Below, one piece after another: positions 32,470-41,243 of a DNA stretch of 64,000 bases (within the stretch, counting starts at the first letter, position 1; each line of letters begins with the position of its first letter). The position numbers and the translations under genes were made by a program. The stretch is from NCBI GenBank assembly GCA_963676795.2, contig CAXXTB010000001.1, positions 640,001 to 704,000 of the forward strand. Reading direction: 5' to 3'. The stretch is from Geopsychrobacteraceae bacterium (GTDB lineage Bacteria > Desulfobacterota > Desulfuromonadia > Desulfuromonadales > Geopsychrobacteraceae). The notes beneath the pieces were generated by a model. That model saw only the letters and a program-made list of their open reading frames with translations. It did not search any database and was not told the DNA's origin.

Positions 32470-33483
32470 TTAGCGGTTCTTTTTGCGGTAGAGAAGGTAT
32501 TCGCGTACCGCCCTGTTGTGTTCGACCAGGGTTTTGGAAAAATGGTGCCCACCGTTGCCGCTGGCAACAAAATAGAGATACGTGGTCTGGGCCGGATGGG
32601 CTGCCGCCTCAAGGGCTGCCTTGCCGGGACTGGCGATCGGGCCCGGGGGTAAACCACGCATCAGATAGGTGTTGTACGGGGTCGGGGTCTGCAGATGCTT
32701 GCGGGTGATGTTGCCGTCAAAATCCTTGATGCCGTAGATAACGGTCGGATCGGTTTGCAGAGGGATCCCGCGCTTCAGACGGTTGTGAAAAACCGACGAG
32801 ATCAGCGGCATCTCTTCGACAACGCCGGTCTCCTTTTCGATGATCGACGCCAGGGTGACGAGTTGGTGAGCATTCAGATTGTAGGTTTTGCCGGCTGCTA
32901 AAAGCTCATCCGTCAGCTGCTGCTGACAGAGGTCGACCATCATCTTCAGCAGGGCCTTCTCACTGGTCCCCTCGGTAAAAACATAGGTTTCCGGGAAAAG
33001 GTAGCCCTCAAGACTATCACCGGGGATCTTCAGCTCTTTGAGAAAATCCTTGTCATAGGCCAGTTGCTGCAGGCATTGCTTGTCGCCATAGCCCGCCTCA
33101 GCGATACGCTCGATGATCTGGGTCAGGGTGAAACCTTCAGGAATGGTCAGCCGGGCCTTGATGGTATCGCCTGCAAGCAGTCGCTCGAAAACCTGCTGTG
33201 GTGTAGCTGGGTTGCTGAAGTTGTAGCGGCCGGCCTGGATATACCCTGCCTGACTATTGAGTCTGGCCAGCAGGCGCAACGACAATGAGCTGGTGATAAC
33301 TCCCTGCTGCTCCAACCGGCGAGCCACCAGGCCCAGGCTGCTGCCCGGTTCGATCGTCAGAGTAACAGGCGTTGCGGGGGCATGGGGACTATTGAGCTGG
33401 TTGTAGACAAAAGCTCCGCCTGCTGCTCCGGTCACCAGGATCAGAACCACCAGGCCGATGACAAGTCTGAACAGCAGTTTCAT
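32470..33483 (-). CDS. mltG: Endolytic murein transglycosylase
   Basis: LEGYLFPETY, LASIIEKET, LQTDPTVIYG and PYNTY...GLPPGPI. Confidence 0.95.
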   Translation of the reverse strand: MKLLFRLVIGLVVLILVTGAAGGAFVYNQLNSPHAPATPVTLTIEPGSSLGLVARRLEQQGVITSSLSLRLLARLNSQAGYIQAGRYNFSNPATPQQVFERLLAGDTIKARLTIPEGFTLTQIIERIAEAGYGDKQCLQQLAYDKDFLKELKIPGDSLEGYLFPETYVFTEGTSEKALLKMMVDLCQQQLTDELLAAGKTYNLNAHQLVTLASIIEKETGVVEEMPLISSVFHNRLKRGIPLQTDPTVIYGIKDFDGNITRKHLQTPTPYNTYLMRGLPPGPIASPGKAALEAAAHPAQTTYLYFVASGNGGHHFSKTLVEHNRAVREYLLYRKKNR

Positions 33484-34067
33484 CAGATCTTGAACCGGTT
33501 TTCGGTTCCGCTTCGCAAGCGCTCAATGTTCCCGCGATGGCGCCAGATGACGATCGCAGCGATAACCAGGGTTGCAGCAAAGAGCGGCAGAGAACGGTTG
33601 AAATAGGCGATGACAAAGGGGATGACCGCAGCGGCAGTGATCGATGCCAGTGAGATGTAGCGCCAGATCAGCAGAACCACGATAAACACCAGCAGAGCAA
33701 CAAGGATAGCCTTGGGCGAAAGGACCAGGAAGATGCCCAGAGCGGTAGCGACCCCTTTTCCCCCTTTGAAGCCGAGATAGACCGGGTAACAGTGGCCGAT
33801 GAAGGAGGCCAGAGAGACCAGCGCCACTCCTTCTGGAGACAGGCCAAGCTTGATGGCGATCAGAATCGGAATGACCCCCTTAAGGCAGTCGCCGACCAGG
33901 GTCAGGATCCCCATCTTGCGTCCGGCGACGCGATAGACATTGGTCGCGCCGATGTTGCCGCTGCCCGCTTTGCGGATATCGCTGCCTCCGACAAGGCGGG
34001 TCAGCAGGACACCTGTAGGGATAGCGCCGATCAGGTAGGCGACACAGATCATCAGAATCAGGGTCAT
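33483..34067 (-). CDS. plsY: Glycerol-3-phosphate acyltransferase
   Basis: GSGNIGATNVYR, FKGGKGVAT and RHRGNIERL. Confidence 0.96.
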   Translation of the reverse strand: MTLILMICVAYLIGAIPTGVLLTRLVGGSDIRKAGSGNIGATNVYRVAGRKMGILTLVGDCLKGVIPILIAIKLGLSPEGVALVSLASFIGHCYPVYLGFKGGKGVATALGIFLVLSPKAILVALLVFIVVLLIWRYISLASITAAAVIPFVIAYFNRSLPLFAATLVIAAIVIWRHRGNIERLRSGTENRFKI

Positions 34068-34093
34068 AATTGCTCCATGGCTAGCTATTAAAA

Positions 34094-34477
34094 TTAATTG
34101 GATTGTTTGTTTGACATGGCTTTGCGGTACTCGCGGATGGCTCCGTGAATGGCGCTGGCAGCAAGGTTGGAACAGTGCATTTTTTCAGGTGGTAAGCCGT
34201 CAAGAGCCTCGGCAATCACATCATCAGTGATATTCAGAGCCTGCTCCAGGCTTTTGCCCTTGACCAGCTCAGTTGCGATCGAGGCTGTCGCGATCGCCGC
34301 ACCACAGCCGATAACCTTGTACTTGATATCGACAATCTGGTCGTTGACGATCATCAGTGTCATCAGCAGGGAATCGCCACAGTTCGGGTCGCCGACCTGA
34401 ACAAGAACGGTCGGATTGTCGATGATGCCGACATTGCGCGGATTACTGAAGTGGTCCATGACTTTTTCGGTGTACAC
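34094..34477 (-). CDS. IscU/NifU N-terminal Fe-S scaffold protein
   Basis: YTEKVMDHFSNPRNVG, CGD, GCGAAIA and KMHCSNLA; GTG start. Confidence 0.9.
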   Translation of the reverse strand: MYTEKVMDHFSNPRNVGIIDNPTVLVQVGDPNCGDSLLMTLMIVNDQIVDIKYKVIGCGAAIATASIATELVKGKSLEQALNITDDVIAEALDGLPPEKMHCSNLAASAIHGAIREYRKAMSNKQSN

Positions 34478-34880
34478 GAAAAGACGCCCTTTGCGAAAGA
34501 TCCATAGGTCACAGGTCGCCAGCAGTCTACCGTTTTGACCATATGCAGGGCAATAAATTAATCTTTATGGCGGGTGCGGTGAAACAGAAATGCGTATCAG
34601 GAATTGCCGGGGCGTCAGTGATGAGCGCCCCAGCGGGTGATCAGGTGAAATTTTTCGACATCGCTCAGACCATCTGTACCTGTGGCGCGACCGTCTCTGG
34701 TCCAGCTTTTCAGATGAGCTGCGCTTGCCACGACAAGCAGCGTCAGAGCGAATAACAGGATAAAAAATATAAAGCTCATAGTGGTCTCCGGATTAAAGAG
34801 TTGTTGTCCTGTTGAAATACTAGACAGAGAAGGTGTATAAGTAAAATCGTAAATAATTAACTACTGGATAGGTTTCGCTT

Positions 34881-35855
34881 ATGCTTCCGGATCTGAATCG
34901 GCTCAAGCTGTTTTATTATGTCTATCGCGCACGGAGTGTGGTTGGTGCTGCCGCGGAGCTGAATATCTCCCAGCCGGCCGTCAGTCAGCAGCTGCAGAAG
35001 CTGGAAGCTGAACTGAAGACCTCGCTCTTCACCCGCTTGCACAAGAAGCTGGTGCCGACCTCGGCCGGAGAACGGCTGTTTTCTCTTGTCTCGCCGATGA
35101 TCGACGGGCTGGAAGTTGGTCTGCCCTTTATCCGCCAGCCGAGCGATACCCCCGCCGGCTTGCTGCGCATTGGCGCGCCGCGCGAGTTTGGCAAGTATTA
35201 TCTGCCCCGTTTCTGTGCCGACTTTCGTCGCCATTACCCGGATGTTTGCTTCGGTTTCAAGCTCAAGGAATCGTTGCCGTTGATGACCATGTTGCGTGAG
35301 GGAATACTCGACTTCGCGCTGGTCGATGTCTATTTTGAAGAGGGGTCGCTGGCCGGCTTCAAGGATATCTTCAGCTATGATCCGCTGCTTCGCGAAGAGA
35401 TGCTGCTGGTCTGCTCCAGGGACTACTATGATCAGCGCATTGCCGGGAACCATTCCCTTGAGCATCTGGCGAGCCAGGATTTTGTCACCGACGAGGATGA
35501 TCCTTCCATTCTTGACGTCTGGTTCCGTCATCACTTCGAGCGGGTACCGGACAAGCTGAACATCGTCATGCGTTTCGACAGTCACGAAGCGCTGCTGACC
35601 AGCCTGGTGCTGGGGCAGGGGCTCGGGGTGGCGACTGCCCACCTGATGTGGGATGAACTGCAGAGCGGTGAGCTGATACCGTTGACGACCCGACGCGAAA
35701 CCCTGGTCAACATGATTTCTCTGGTACAGCTACAGGACAAGGTGCCAACCCTGACCGAGAAAACCTTTCGTGATTTTCTGCTCAAAGCGATACGTCACAA
35801 GGATGTTCAGGAACGTTTTCAGCGGGTTCAGCGAACCAGGGAGATCTCTTCGTAG
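34881..35855 (+). CDS. LysR-family transcriptional regulator
   Basis: HTH AAAELNISQPAVSQQLQKLEAEL...LFTR...PTSAGERL. Confidence 0.93.
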   Translation: MLPDLNRLKLFYYVYRARSVVGAAAELNISQPAVSQQLQKLEAELKTSLFTRLHKKLVPTSAGERLFSLVSPMIDGLEVGLPFIRQPSDTPAGLLRIGAPREFGKYYLPRFCADFRRHYPDVCFGFKLKESLPLMTMLREGILDFALVDVYFEEGSLAGFKDIFSYDPLLREEMLLVCSRDYYDQRIAGNHSLEHLASQDFVTDEDDPSILDVWFRHHFERVPDKLNIVMRFDSHEALLTSLVLGQGLGVATAHLMWDELQSGELIPLTTRRETLVNMISLVQLQDKVPTLTEKTFRDFLLKAIRHKDVQERFQRVQRTREISS

Positions 35856-36025
35856 GGGCATTATGCGAAATTGTACAAGGTTAAAAGCCAGGACTTAGTA
35901 AGCTGACTCAGCCTTAAGAGAAGGTTTCAAAATGGATTAGTGCTTGACTTGCTCAAGAACTGTTCGTCAAAATGCCAGAAATTTGATCTTCAATGACGAT
36001 GACTTTCATCCAAAGGGACCTGCAC

Positions 36026-36364
36026 ATGAATGCACATATCTTTTCCGGACATGCCCAGTTACCTGAAGGAACTAACCTGGCCGTCATTCACCGTTATGCA
36101 ACCGTGGTCATGAAAATTGATATGGACAACGGCAAGATTCTCGATTGCAACGTACCGATCTATTGTGACCTGCACAACGAATTCATTCTGGAGATCATCC
36201 GGGGGCGCAGTGTCGCCACGGATCTCAATGATATCATTGATGAAATCAACGAAAGAATCCACAGCCTGTCGAACAAGGCGCTGGTCTCTTCGCTGCAGGT
36301 TATCCATAACCGGTATCAGATGGTGGCCAAGTCTCTCGAAGCGAATAAATATGAAAATGGTTGA
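36026..36364 (+). CDS. DUF3870-like small protein
   Basis: IFSGHAQLP...VVMKID...GKILDC...FILEIIRGRS...KALVSSL pattern recalled as DUF3870; AAAGGGA RBS before ATG 36026. Confidence 0.7.
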   Translation: MNAHIFSGHAQLPEGTNLAVIHRYATVVMKIDMDNGKILDCNVPIYCDLHNEFILEIIRGRSVATDLNDIIDEINERIHSLSNKALVSSLQVIHNRYQMVAKSLEANKYENG

Positions 36365-36388
36365 CATCTGTTTGTGAAACGGTAATAT
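36361..36388 (+). promoter_or_regulatory. Sigma-70 promoter of the catabolic operon
   Basis: TTGACA-N16-TAATAT; the -35 box overlaps the TGA stop of the DUF3870-like gene. Confidence 0.7.
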
Positions 36389-36418
36389 GGCTAACAAGAT
36401 TCGAACAATCCAATCGGT

Positions 36419-36535
36419 TGTTTATTTGAGTCGCCTGTATACCGTATCGAAATGACCTTTCGATACCTAGTAGACAAGCTCAGCTCGATAAGCATGGCGA
36501 GTTATCTCGTTATGTTTTTCTGCTGGGCTTTTTTT
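36419..36535 (+). ncRNA. Structured cis-regulatory leader element, copy 1 (candidate attenuator/riboswitch plus terminator)
   Basis: Hairpin GTATCGAAA-TGACC-TTTCGATAC enclosed by TGTTTATT...AGTAGACA, then terminator AAGCTCAGC...GCTGGGCTTTTTTT. Confidence 0.75.
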
Positions 36536-36583
36536 GTTTGTATGTTCTGATCAAAGTTAGAGGTTTTGGTAGTTTAAAATCGA

Positions 36584-36708
36584 TGTTTATTTGAGTCGCC
36601 TGTATGCCGTATCGGAACGACCTTCCGATACTTAGTAAACAAGCCCAGCTCGGTTAAACACAACGGTTCGTGTGTCGTTGTGTGATTGAGCTGGGCTTTT
36701 TTTATTTT
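36584..36708 (+). ncRNA. Structured cis-regulatory leader element, copy 2
   Basis: 62/69 nt identical to copy 1 with a compensatory stem change (GTATCGGAA-CGACC-TTCCGATAC); terminator AAGCCCAGCTCGGT...ATTGAGCTGGGCTTTTTTT. Confidence 0.75.
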
Positions 36709-36749
36709 CCGCTGTTCTGCAGCACTCAAAAGATCAAGGAGAGGTAGGT

Positions 36750-37553
36750 ATGTCTTTTATTTCTGATCCCTATACCGATTTGCAGCTGATCGAACTCAGT
36801 CATCCCTGGGGGCATGGTGTTCCTTCATACCCGGGGCAGACCGACGTCGTCATGTTTCGCAGCGTCAAGCATTCTCAGCACGGAGTACTCGCCTGGAAAA
36901 TTAACACGGTGATGCACACCGGCACCCACATGAACGCACCGATCCACCTGATCCAGAAGGGCGCCGACCTGTCCGAGCTGAGCGAAGATCGCTTTTTCGG
37001 TAACGGCGTCGTTCTGAGCATTCCGAAGGCCAGCTACGAAGTCATCAGCGCTGACGATCTGAAAAACGCCAAGCCGGGCATCCGCAAGGGCGACTTCGTT
37101 GTTATCGTCACCGGCTGGCACCACAAATACTCCGATTCCATCGAGTATTTCGGTGAATGTCCGGGACTGTCGAAGGAGGCGGCCGAGTACCTTGTCGAAC
37201 AGCAGTGCAAGGTTGTTGCTGTCGACACCCAGCAGATCGACCATCCGCTGGCCACCTCGCTCGGACCGCATCGTGGCGGACCGAATATGAAGCGTCTTGC
37301 CAAGGATTACAGCGATGCGACCGGGCTCGATCCAAAGATTGAGCACGGGCAGTGGAACGTTGCCCATAAAACCTTGCTGGCGGCCGGAATTCCGACCATC
37401 GAGCAGGTCGGCGGCGATGTCGATCTGTTGCTCGGCAAACGTGCCACCTTCATTGCGACCCCCTGGAAATTCAGAAAAGGGGACGCCTGTCAGGTGCGTC
37501 TGGTCGCCATGGTCGACCCGAGTGGTCAATGCCGTATTCCTTCCGGTTGTTAA
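36750..37553 (+). CDS. Cyclase-family (KynB/isatin hydrolase-like) metallohydrolase, paralog 1
   Basis: HTGTHMNAPIH (Asn replaces the Asp of HxGTHxDxPxH), DHPLAT and PTIEQV. Confidence 0.88.
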   Translation: MSFISDPYTDLQLIELSHPWGHGVPSYPGQTDVVMFRSVKHSQHGVLAWKINTVMHTGTHMNAPIHLIQKGADLSELSEDRFFGNGVVLSIPKASYEVISADDLKNAKPGIRKGDFVVIVTGWHHKYSDSIEYFGECPGLSKEAAEYLVEQQCKVVAVDTQQIDHPLATSLGPHRGGPNMKRLAKDYSDATGLDPKIEHGQWNVAHKTLLAAGIPTIEQVGGDVDLLLGKRATFIATPWKFRKGDACQVRLVAMVDPSGQCRIPSGC

Positions 37554-37577
37554 CCCATTTTTCTACAGGAGCCAGCA

Positions 37578-38360
37578 ATGAGCCTTGAAATATACAACTT
37601 GAGCCATACCTTCGAACAGTTCATGCCCGAGTGGCCGTCATCCCCCGGGGTGAATGTCACGGTCAATAAGTTCCACGCCAAAGACGGACTCTACCAGGTC
37701 AACTGGGAGGGGATCATGCACCGCTGCACCCACATGGATGCGCCCCTGCACGTCACCGAAAATACCCCTGATATCGCTGATTATCCGTTGTGGCGCCTGT
37801 GCGGTACCGGTGTCGCGGTGTCGATCCCGAAAGGCAAATGGGGAACGATAACTCCGGAAGATCTGGAAAAAGCGAGCCCGGCGATCCAGGAGGGCGATAT
37901 CGTCATGATCAACACCGGTTTTCATCATAAATGGGCCGATACCGACGAATATTTCGCTTACGGTTGCGGGATGAGCGGTGCCGGTGCTGACTGGCTGGTC
38001 GAGAAGAAGGTCAAGCTGGTCGGTTACGGCTGCCAGGCCAATGACCATCCGCTGGCCACCAAGCTGGTCGATCACGGCCTCGGCCCGACCCATCCGCACC
38101 TGATCGAAGAATACAAGCAGGAATACGGTCACGACCCGAAGGTTGATTTTCCACTCTGGGAAGACGCTCACAAGAATCTGATGGTCAAGGGCGGGATTCC
38201 GGGCATCGAGAATATCGGTGGTGATCTCGACAAGGTCACCGGCAAGCGCTGCTTCTTTGTTGCCATGCCCTGGCGTTTCGTCGGTGGCGAAGGCTGCATC
38301 GTCCGGGTTCTGGCGATTGTCGATCCGGAGCAGAAGTTCCGCTTCGAAACCGGAGCGTAA
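37578..38360 (+). CDS. Cyclase-family metallohydrolase, paralog 2
   Basis: HRCTHMDAPLH, DHPLAT and PGIENI. Confidence 0.88.
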   Translation: MSLEIYNLSHTFEQFMPEWPSSPGVNVTVNKFHAKDGLYQVNWEGIMHRCTHMDAPLHVTENTPDIADYPLWRLCGTGVAVSIPKGKWGTITPEDLEKASPAIQEGDIVMINTGFHHKWADTDEYFAYGCGMSGAGADWLVEKKVKLVGYGCQANDHPLATKLVDHGLGPTHPHLIEEYKQEYGHDPKVDFPLWEDAHKNLMVKGGIPGIENIGGDLDKVTGKRCFFVAMPWRFVGGEGCIVRVLAIVDPEQKFRFETGA

Positions 38361-38491
38361 CAGCAGCGGTTGCAGATTTGGCTCCCGGTTGATGTCGGAG
38401 AGGGGGAACCGGGAGCCTAAAAGCTCGAAAACGGGATCAGAACAACCGGAGTATTTAGCTAAGTTAAAGATGAAAAGCGGTGGGGTCGAAG

Positions 38492-40729
38492 ATGATGAGA
38501 TATGACGACATAATAACAACCACAGCCTGGTCGCCGGGGCCTGGCTGTCACGGTGGTTGCGGCGTCAAGCTCTATGTCAGGGACGGACGGATCGTCAATG
38601 TCGAAGGGGATGAGAACCATCCTTTCAGCCAGGGGCGCACCTGCCCGCGGTTGCTCGCCATGACCCAGTATATCTATCATCCCGAACGACTGACTCAACC
38701 GCTGAAGCGGGTTGGTGCCCGGGGCGAGGGGAAGTTCGAACCGATCTCCTGGGACGAAGCCCTCGACACTATCGAAGCCAAATTCAATTCGATTAAAGAA
38801 GAATATGGCCCGGAATCGGTGCTGTTCTGCCAGGGGACCGGGCGCGATATCGGCGGACCGATCTCGTTTCTGGCCTATTCCTACGGCAGCCCCAACTGGA
38901 TTCAGCTCGGCCTGGCCGGGCACTCCTGTTATACGCCGCGTTTGGGCGCGATGATGGCAACCCAGGGGGACTACGCGGTACTCGATGCGGCACAGTTCTC
39001 GGAGCAGCGTTTTGACGATCCGGACTACCGGGTACCGGAGAGGATCGTCATCTGGGGACAGAACGCAGTGACCGGCTGTCCCGACGGTTTCTTCGGCCAC
39101 TGGATCGTCGACTGTATGAAGCGTGGTTCGAAGCTGATTGTCATCGACCCGCGCTGGACCTGGCTGGCGAGCAAGGCGGAGAAGTTCCTGCAGATCCGTC
39201 CCGGCACCGATGGCGCCCTGGCTCTGGCGATGATCAACGTCATTATCAGTGAAGAACTCTATGACAAGGAGTTTGTCGCCGAGTGGACCACCGGCCTCGA
39301 GGAACTGAAGGCAAGGGCGGCAGAGTACACCCCGGAACGGGTCGCTGCAATCACCTGGATACCGGCCGAGGATATTCGTGCCGCTGCGCGCCTCTATGCC
39401 GCAGCCAAACCGGCGGCCATCCACTGGGGCGTACCGATCGACAAGTGCCCGGAAGGGACCAGCGTCGCCCAGGCGATCAATCATCTCTGGTGCCTGACCG
39501 GCAACCTGGATGTGCCTGGCGGAAATGTTATCGCCAAACCGACCTACGGGGTCACCACCTACCCCTTCTCGACCCAGGAGATGAACGAGCTCTATGGCGA
39601 GGAATTCGTCAAGCGGCTCAACGAAAAGCGGATCGGCGCTAACGAGTATCCGATGGTCCGGAACTTCCGCGGCTGGGCCCAGCCTGATCTGGCCGTTGAG
39701 CAGATGATGACTGGTAATCCCTATCCGATCAAGGCCTGCTGGATTCAGACCAGTAACGTTCTGGGTGGTCAGGCCGCCGATACGCGACTTCACTACGAAG
39801 CCCTGAAGAAGATGGATTTTGTCGTCGTCGCCGACCTGTTCCATAACCCGACAACCATCGCTGCGGCCGATATCGTCCTGCCGGTCGCGACCATGGCGGA
39901 AAAAGAGAGCTTCCGCTCCTGGTGGTCGCCGCTGCAGGTGATTGTCCCGGCCGTTCAGGTCGGTGAATGCCGTTCTGACTGGGAGATCAACCTGGAGTTG
40001 GCCAAACGCTTCAACCCACAACTCAAAGAGCGCTACCCGAAAGTCCGCGATCTGATCGATGAGCGTCTGCAACCATCCGGGCGTAACTTTGACCAGATGA
40101 AAGAAGAGGGGGGCTGGGTCATGCCGCCGAAGGAATCACCTTCCCGTCCTTACCGCCGCTATGCAAAAGGGCAGTTGCGTCCAGATGGACAGCCCGGTTT
40201 CAGGACGCCGTCCGGCAAGATCGAATTCTGCAGTTCGACCTACGCTGAATGGGGGTTGAACTCACTCCCTTATTTCTCGGAACCGCCCGAGAGCGAGCAG
40301 CGCACCCCGGAGCTCAACGAGAAATATCCGCTGATCATGGTCTCGGGGCGGCGTTCGCCGGTCTACTTCCACTCAGAGCACCGGATGATCCCTTGGCTGC
40401 GCGAATGTGACCCCGATCCGCTGGTCGAGATCCATCCGCAGGTGGCGACGCCCCTTGGTATCGCCGATGGCGACTGGGTCAGCATTGAAAACGAGCGCGG
40501 CCGGATCCGCCGCCGGGCCAAAGTGACACCGATCGTTCACCCCAAGGTGATCAGCGTCCCCCATGGCTGGTGGTTGCCGGAGAGTGAAGCTGCAGAGCCG
40601 AACCTCTACGGCAACTGGCAGATCAACTGCAACCAGTTGATCCCGATGGGCACCCAGAGCCAGTCCGGTTTCGGTGGCGGGGCCTACAAAACCACCCTGG
40701 TCCGGGTTGAGAAAGCGGAGGTGGGCTGA
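38492..40729 (+). CDS. Cytoplasmic Mo/W-bisPGD oxidoreductase, acetylene hydratase / catechol dehydroxylase-like clade
   Basis: AWSPGPGCHGGC...GRTCPR, ISWDEAL, candidate Cys ligand GHSCY, IRPGTDGALAL, ADIVLP and FHSEHR; no Tat RR motif. Confidence 0.88.
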   Translation: MMRYDDIITTTAWSPGPGCHGGCGVKLYVRDGRIVNVEGDENHPFSQGRTCPRLLAMTQYIYHPERLTQPLKRVGARGEGKFEPISWDEALDTIEAKFNSIKEEYGPESVLFCQGTGRDIGGPISFLAYSYGSPNWIQLGLAGHSCYTPRLGAMMATQGDYAVLDAAQFSEQRFDDPDYRVPERIVIWGQNAVTGCPDGFFGHWIVDCMKRGSKLIVIDPRWTWLASKAEKFLQIRPGTDGALALAMINVIISEELYDKEFVAEWTTGLEELKARAAEYTPERVAAITWIPAEDIRAAARLYAAAKPAAIHWGVPIDKCPEGTSVAQAINHLWCLTGNLDVPGGNVIAKPTYGVTTYPFSTQEMNELYGEEFVKRLNEKRIGANEYPMVRNFRGWAQPDLAVEQMMTGNPYPIKACWIQTSNVLGGQAADTRLHYEALKKMDFVVVADLFHNPTTIAAADIVLPVATMAEKESFRSWWSPLQVIVPAVQVGECRSDWEINLELAKRFNPQLKERYPKVRDLIDERLQPSGRNFDQMKEEGGWVMPPKESPSRPYRRYAKGQLRPDGQPGFRTPSGKIEFCSSTYAEWGLNSLPYFSEPPESEQRTPELNEKYPLIMVSGRRSPVYFHSEHRMIPWLRECDPDPLVEIHPQVATPLGIADGDWVSIENERGRIRRRAKVTPIVHPKVISVPHGWWLPESEAAEPNLYGNWQINCNQLIPMGTQSQSGFGGGAYKTTLVRVEKAEVG

Positions 40730-41067
40730 TGAGCACAGAACCAAGAGGATTACTGATCGACTACGACTTCTGCACCGGCTGCCACAGCTGTGAGGTCGCC
40801 TGCAAGCAGGCCCACAACTATCCGGCAGGAGTCTGGGGGATCAGGGTTCATGAATTTGTCCAGGAGAAGCCGAACGGAGCGGTCGAGATCAGTTATCTGC
40901 CACAGCCGAGCGATCTCTGCACGCTCTGTGAACAGCGGACGCAGCAGGGAGACGTCCCGTCCTGCGTCAAACACTGCCAGGCCGATTGTCTCCGTGTGGG
41001 GACGATCACTGAGCTGCTTGAGGTACTGGCAGCAAAGCCGAAGCAGGTGCTGTTCCGGCTGAAGTAG
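40729..41067 (+). CDS. Small 2x[4Fe-4S] subunit of the upstream Mo enzyme
   Basis: CTGCHSCEVAC, CTLC and CVKHC (eight cluster Cys); translationally coupled to the upstream gene. Confidence 0.88.
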   Translation: MSTEPRGLLIDYDFCTGCHSCEVACKQAHNYPAGVWGIRVHEFVQEKPNGAVEISYLPQPSDLCTLCEQRTQQGDVPSCVKHCQADCLRVGTITELLEVLAAKPKQVLFRLK

Positions 41068-41243
41068 CAGGTTTTGAATGCCGGTGCCAGCTGAGTACCG
41101 GGTCTTGAACAATGGGGAGGCAAATCACTGTAAGCAGATAGAGCGTCAGAGTTGTGTATAGAGGCCGGGCTTGTCCTGTCTCTGGGACAGCAGGCTGTAC
41201 AGACTCGCGAAATTCACTACCGAAGAGAAGGAGGTTGTTCGAT

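Noticed and set aside
32289..32708. 139-aa plus-strand ORF and other small ORFs at 31952-32657
   Set aside because: They overlap the repeat and mltG antisense and have no protein-like features.
36419..36708. CRISPR array or simple tandem duplication as the explanation of the leader repeat
   Set aside because: There are only two long units and no cas genes in the window. Each unit ends in a terminator and the differences preserve base pairing.
36419..36708. Assignment to T-box, ANTAR, PyrR, BglG-RAT or Moco riboswitch
   Set aside because: No T-box UGGNACC bulge, twin hexaloop hairpins, PyrR or RAT consensus is visible. This still needs a formal Rfam scan.
38377..38421. 11-bp intercistronic hairpin GGCTCCCGGTT/AACCGGGAGCC
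   Set aside because: It has no U tract on the sense strand and no similarity to the leader motif; probably an ordinary mRNA stability hairpin.
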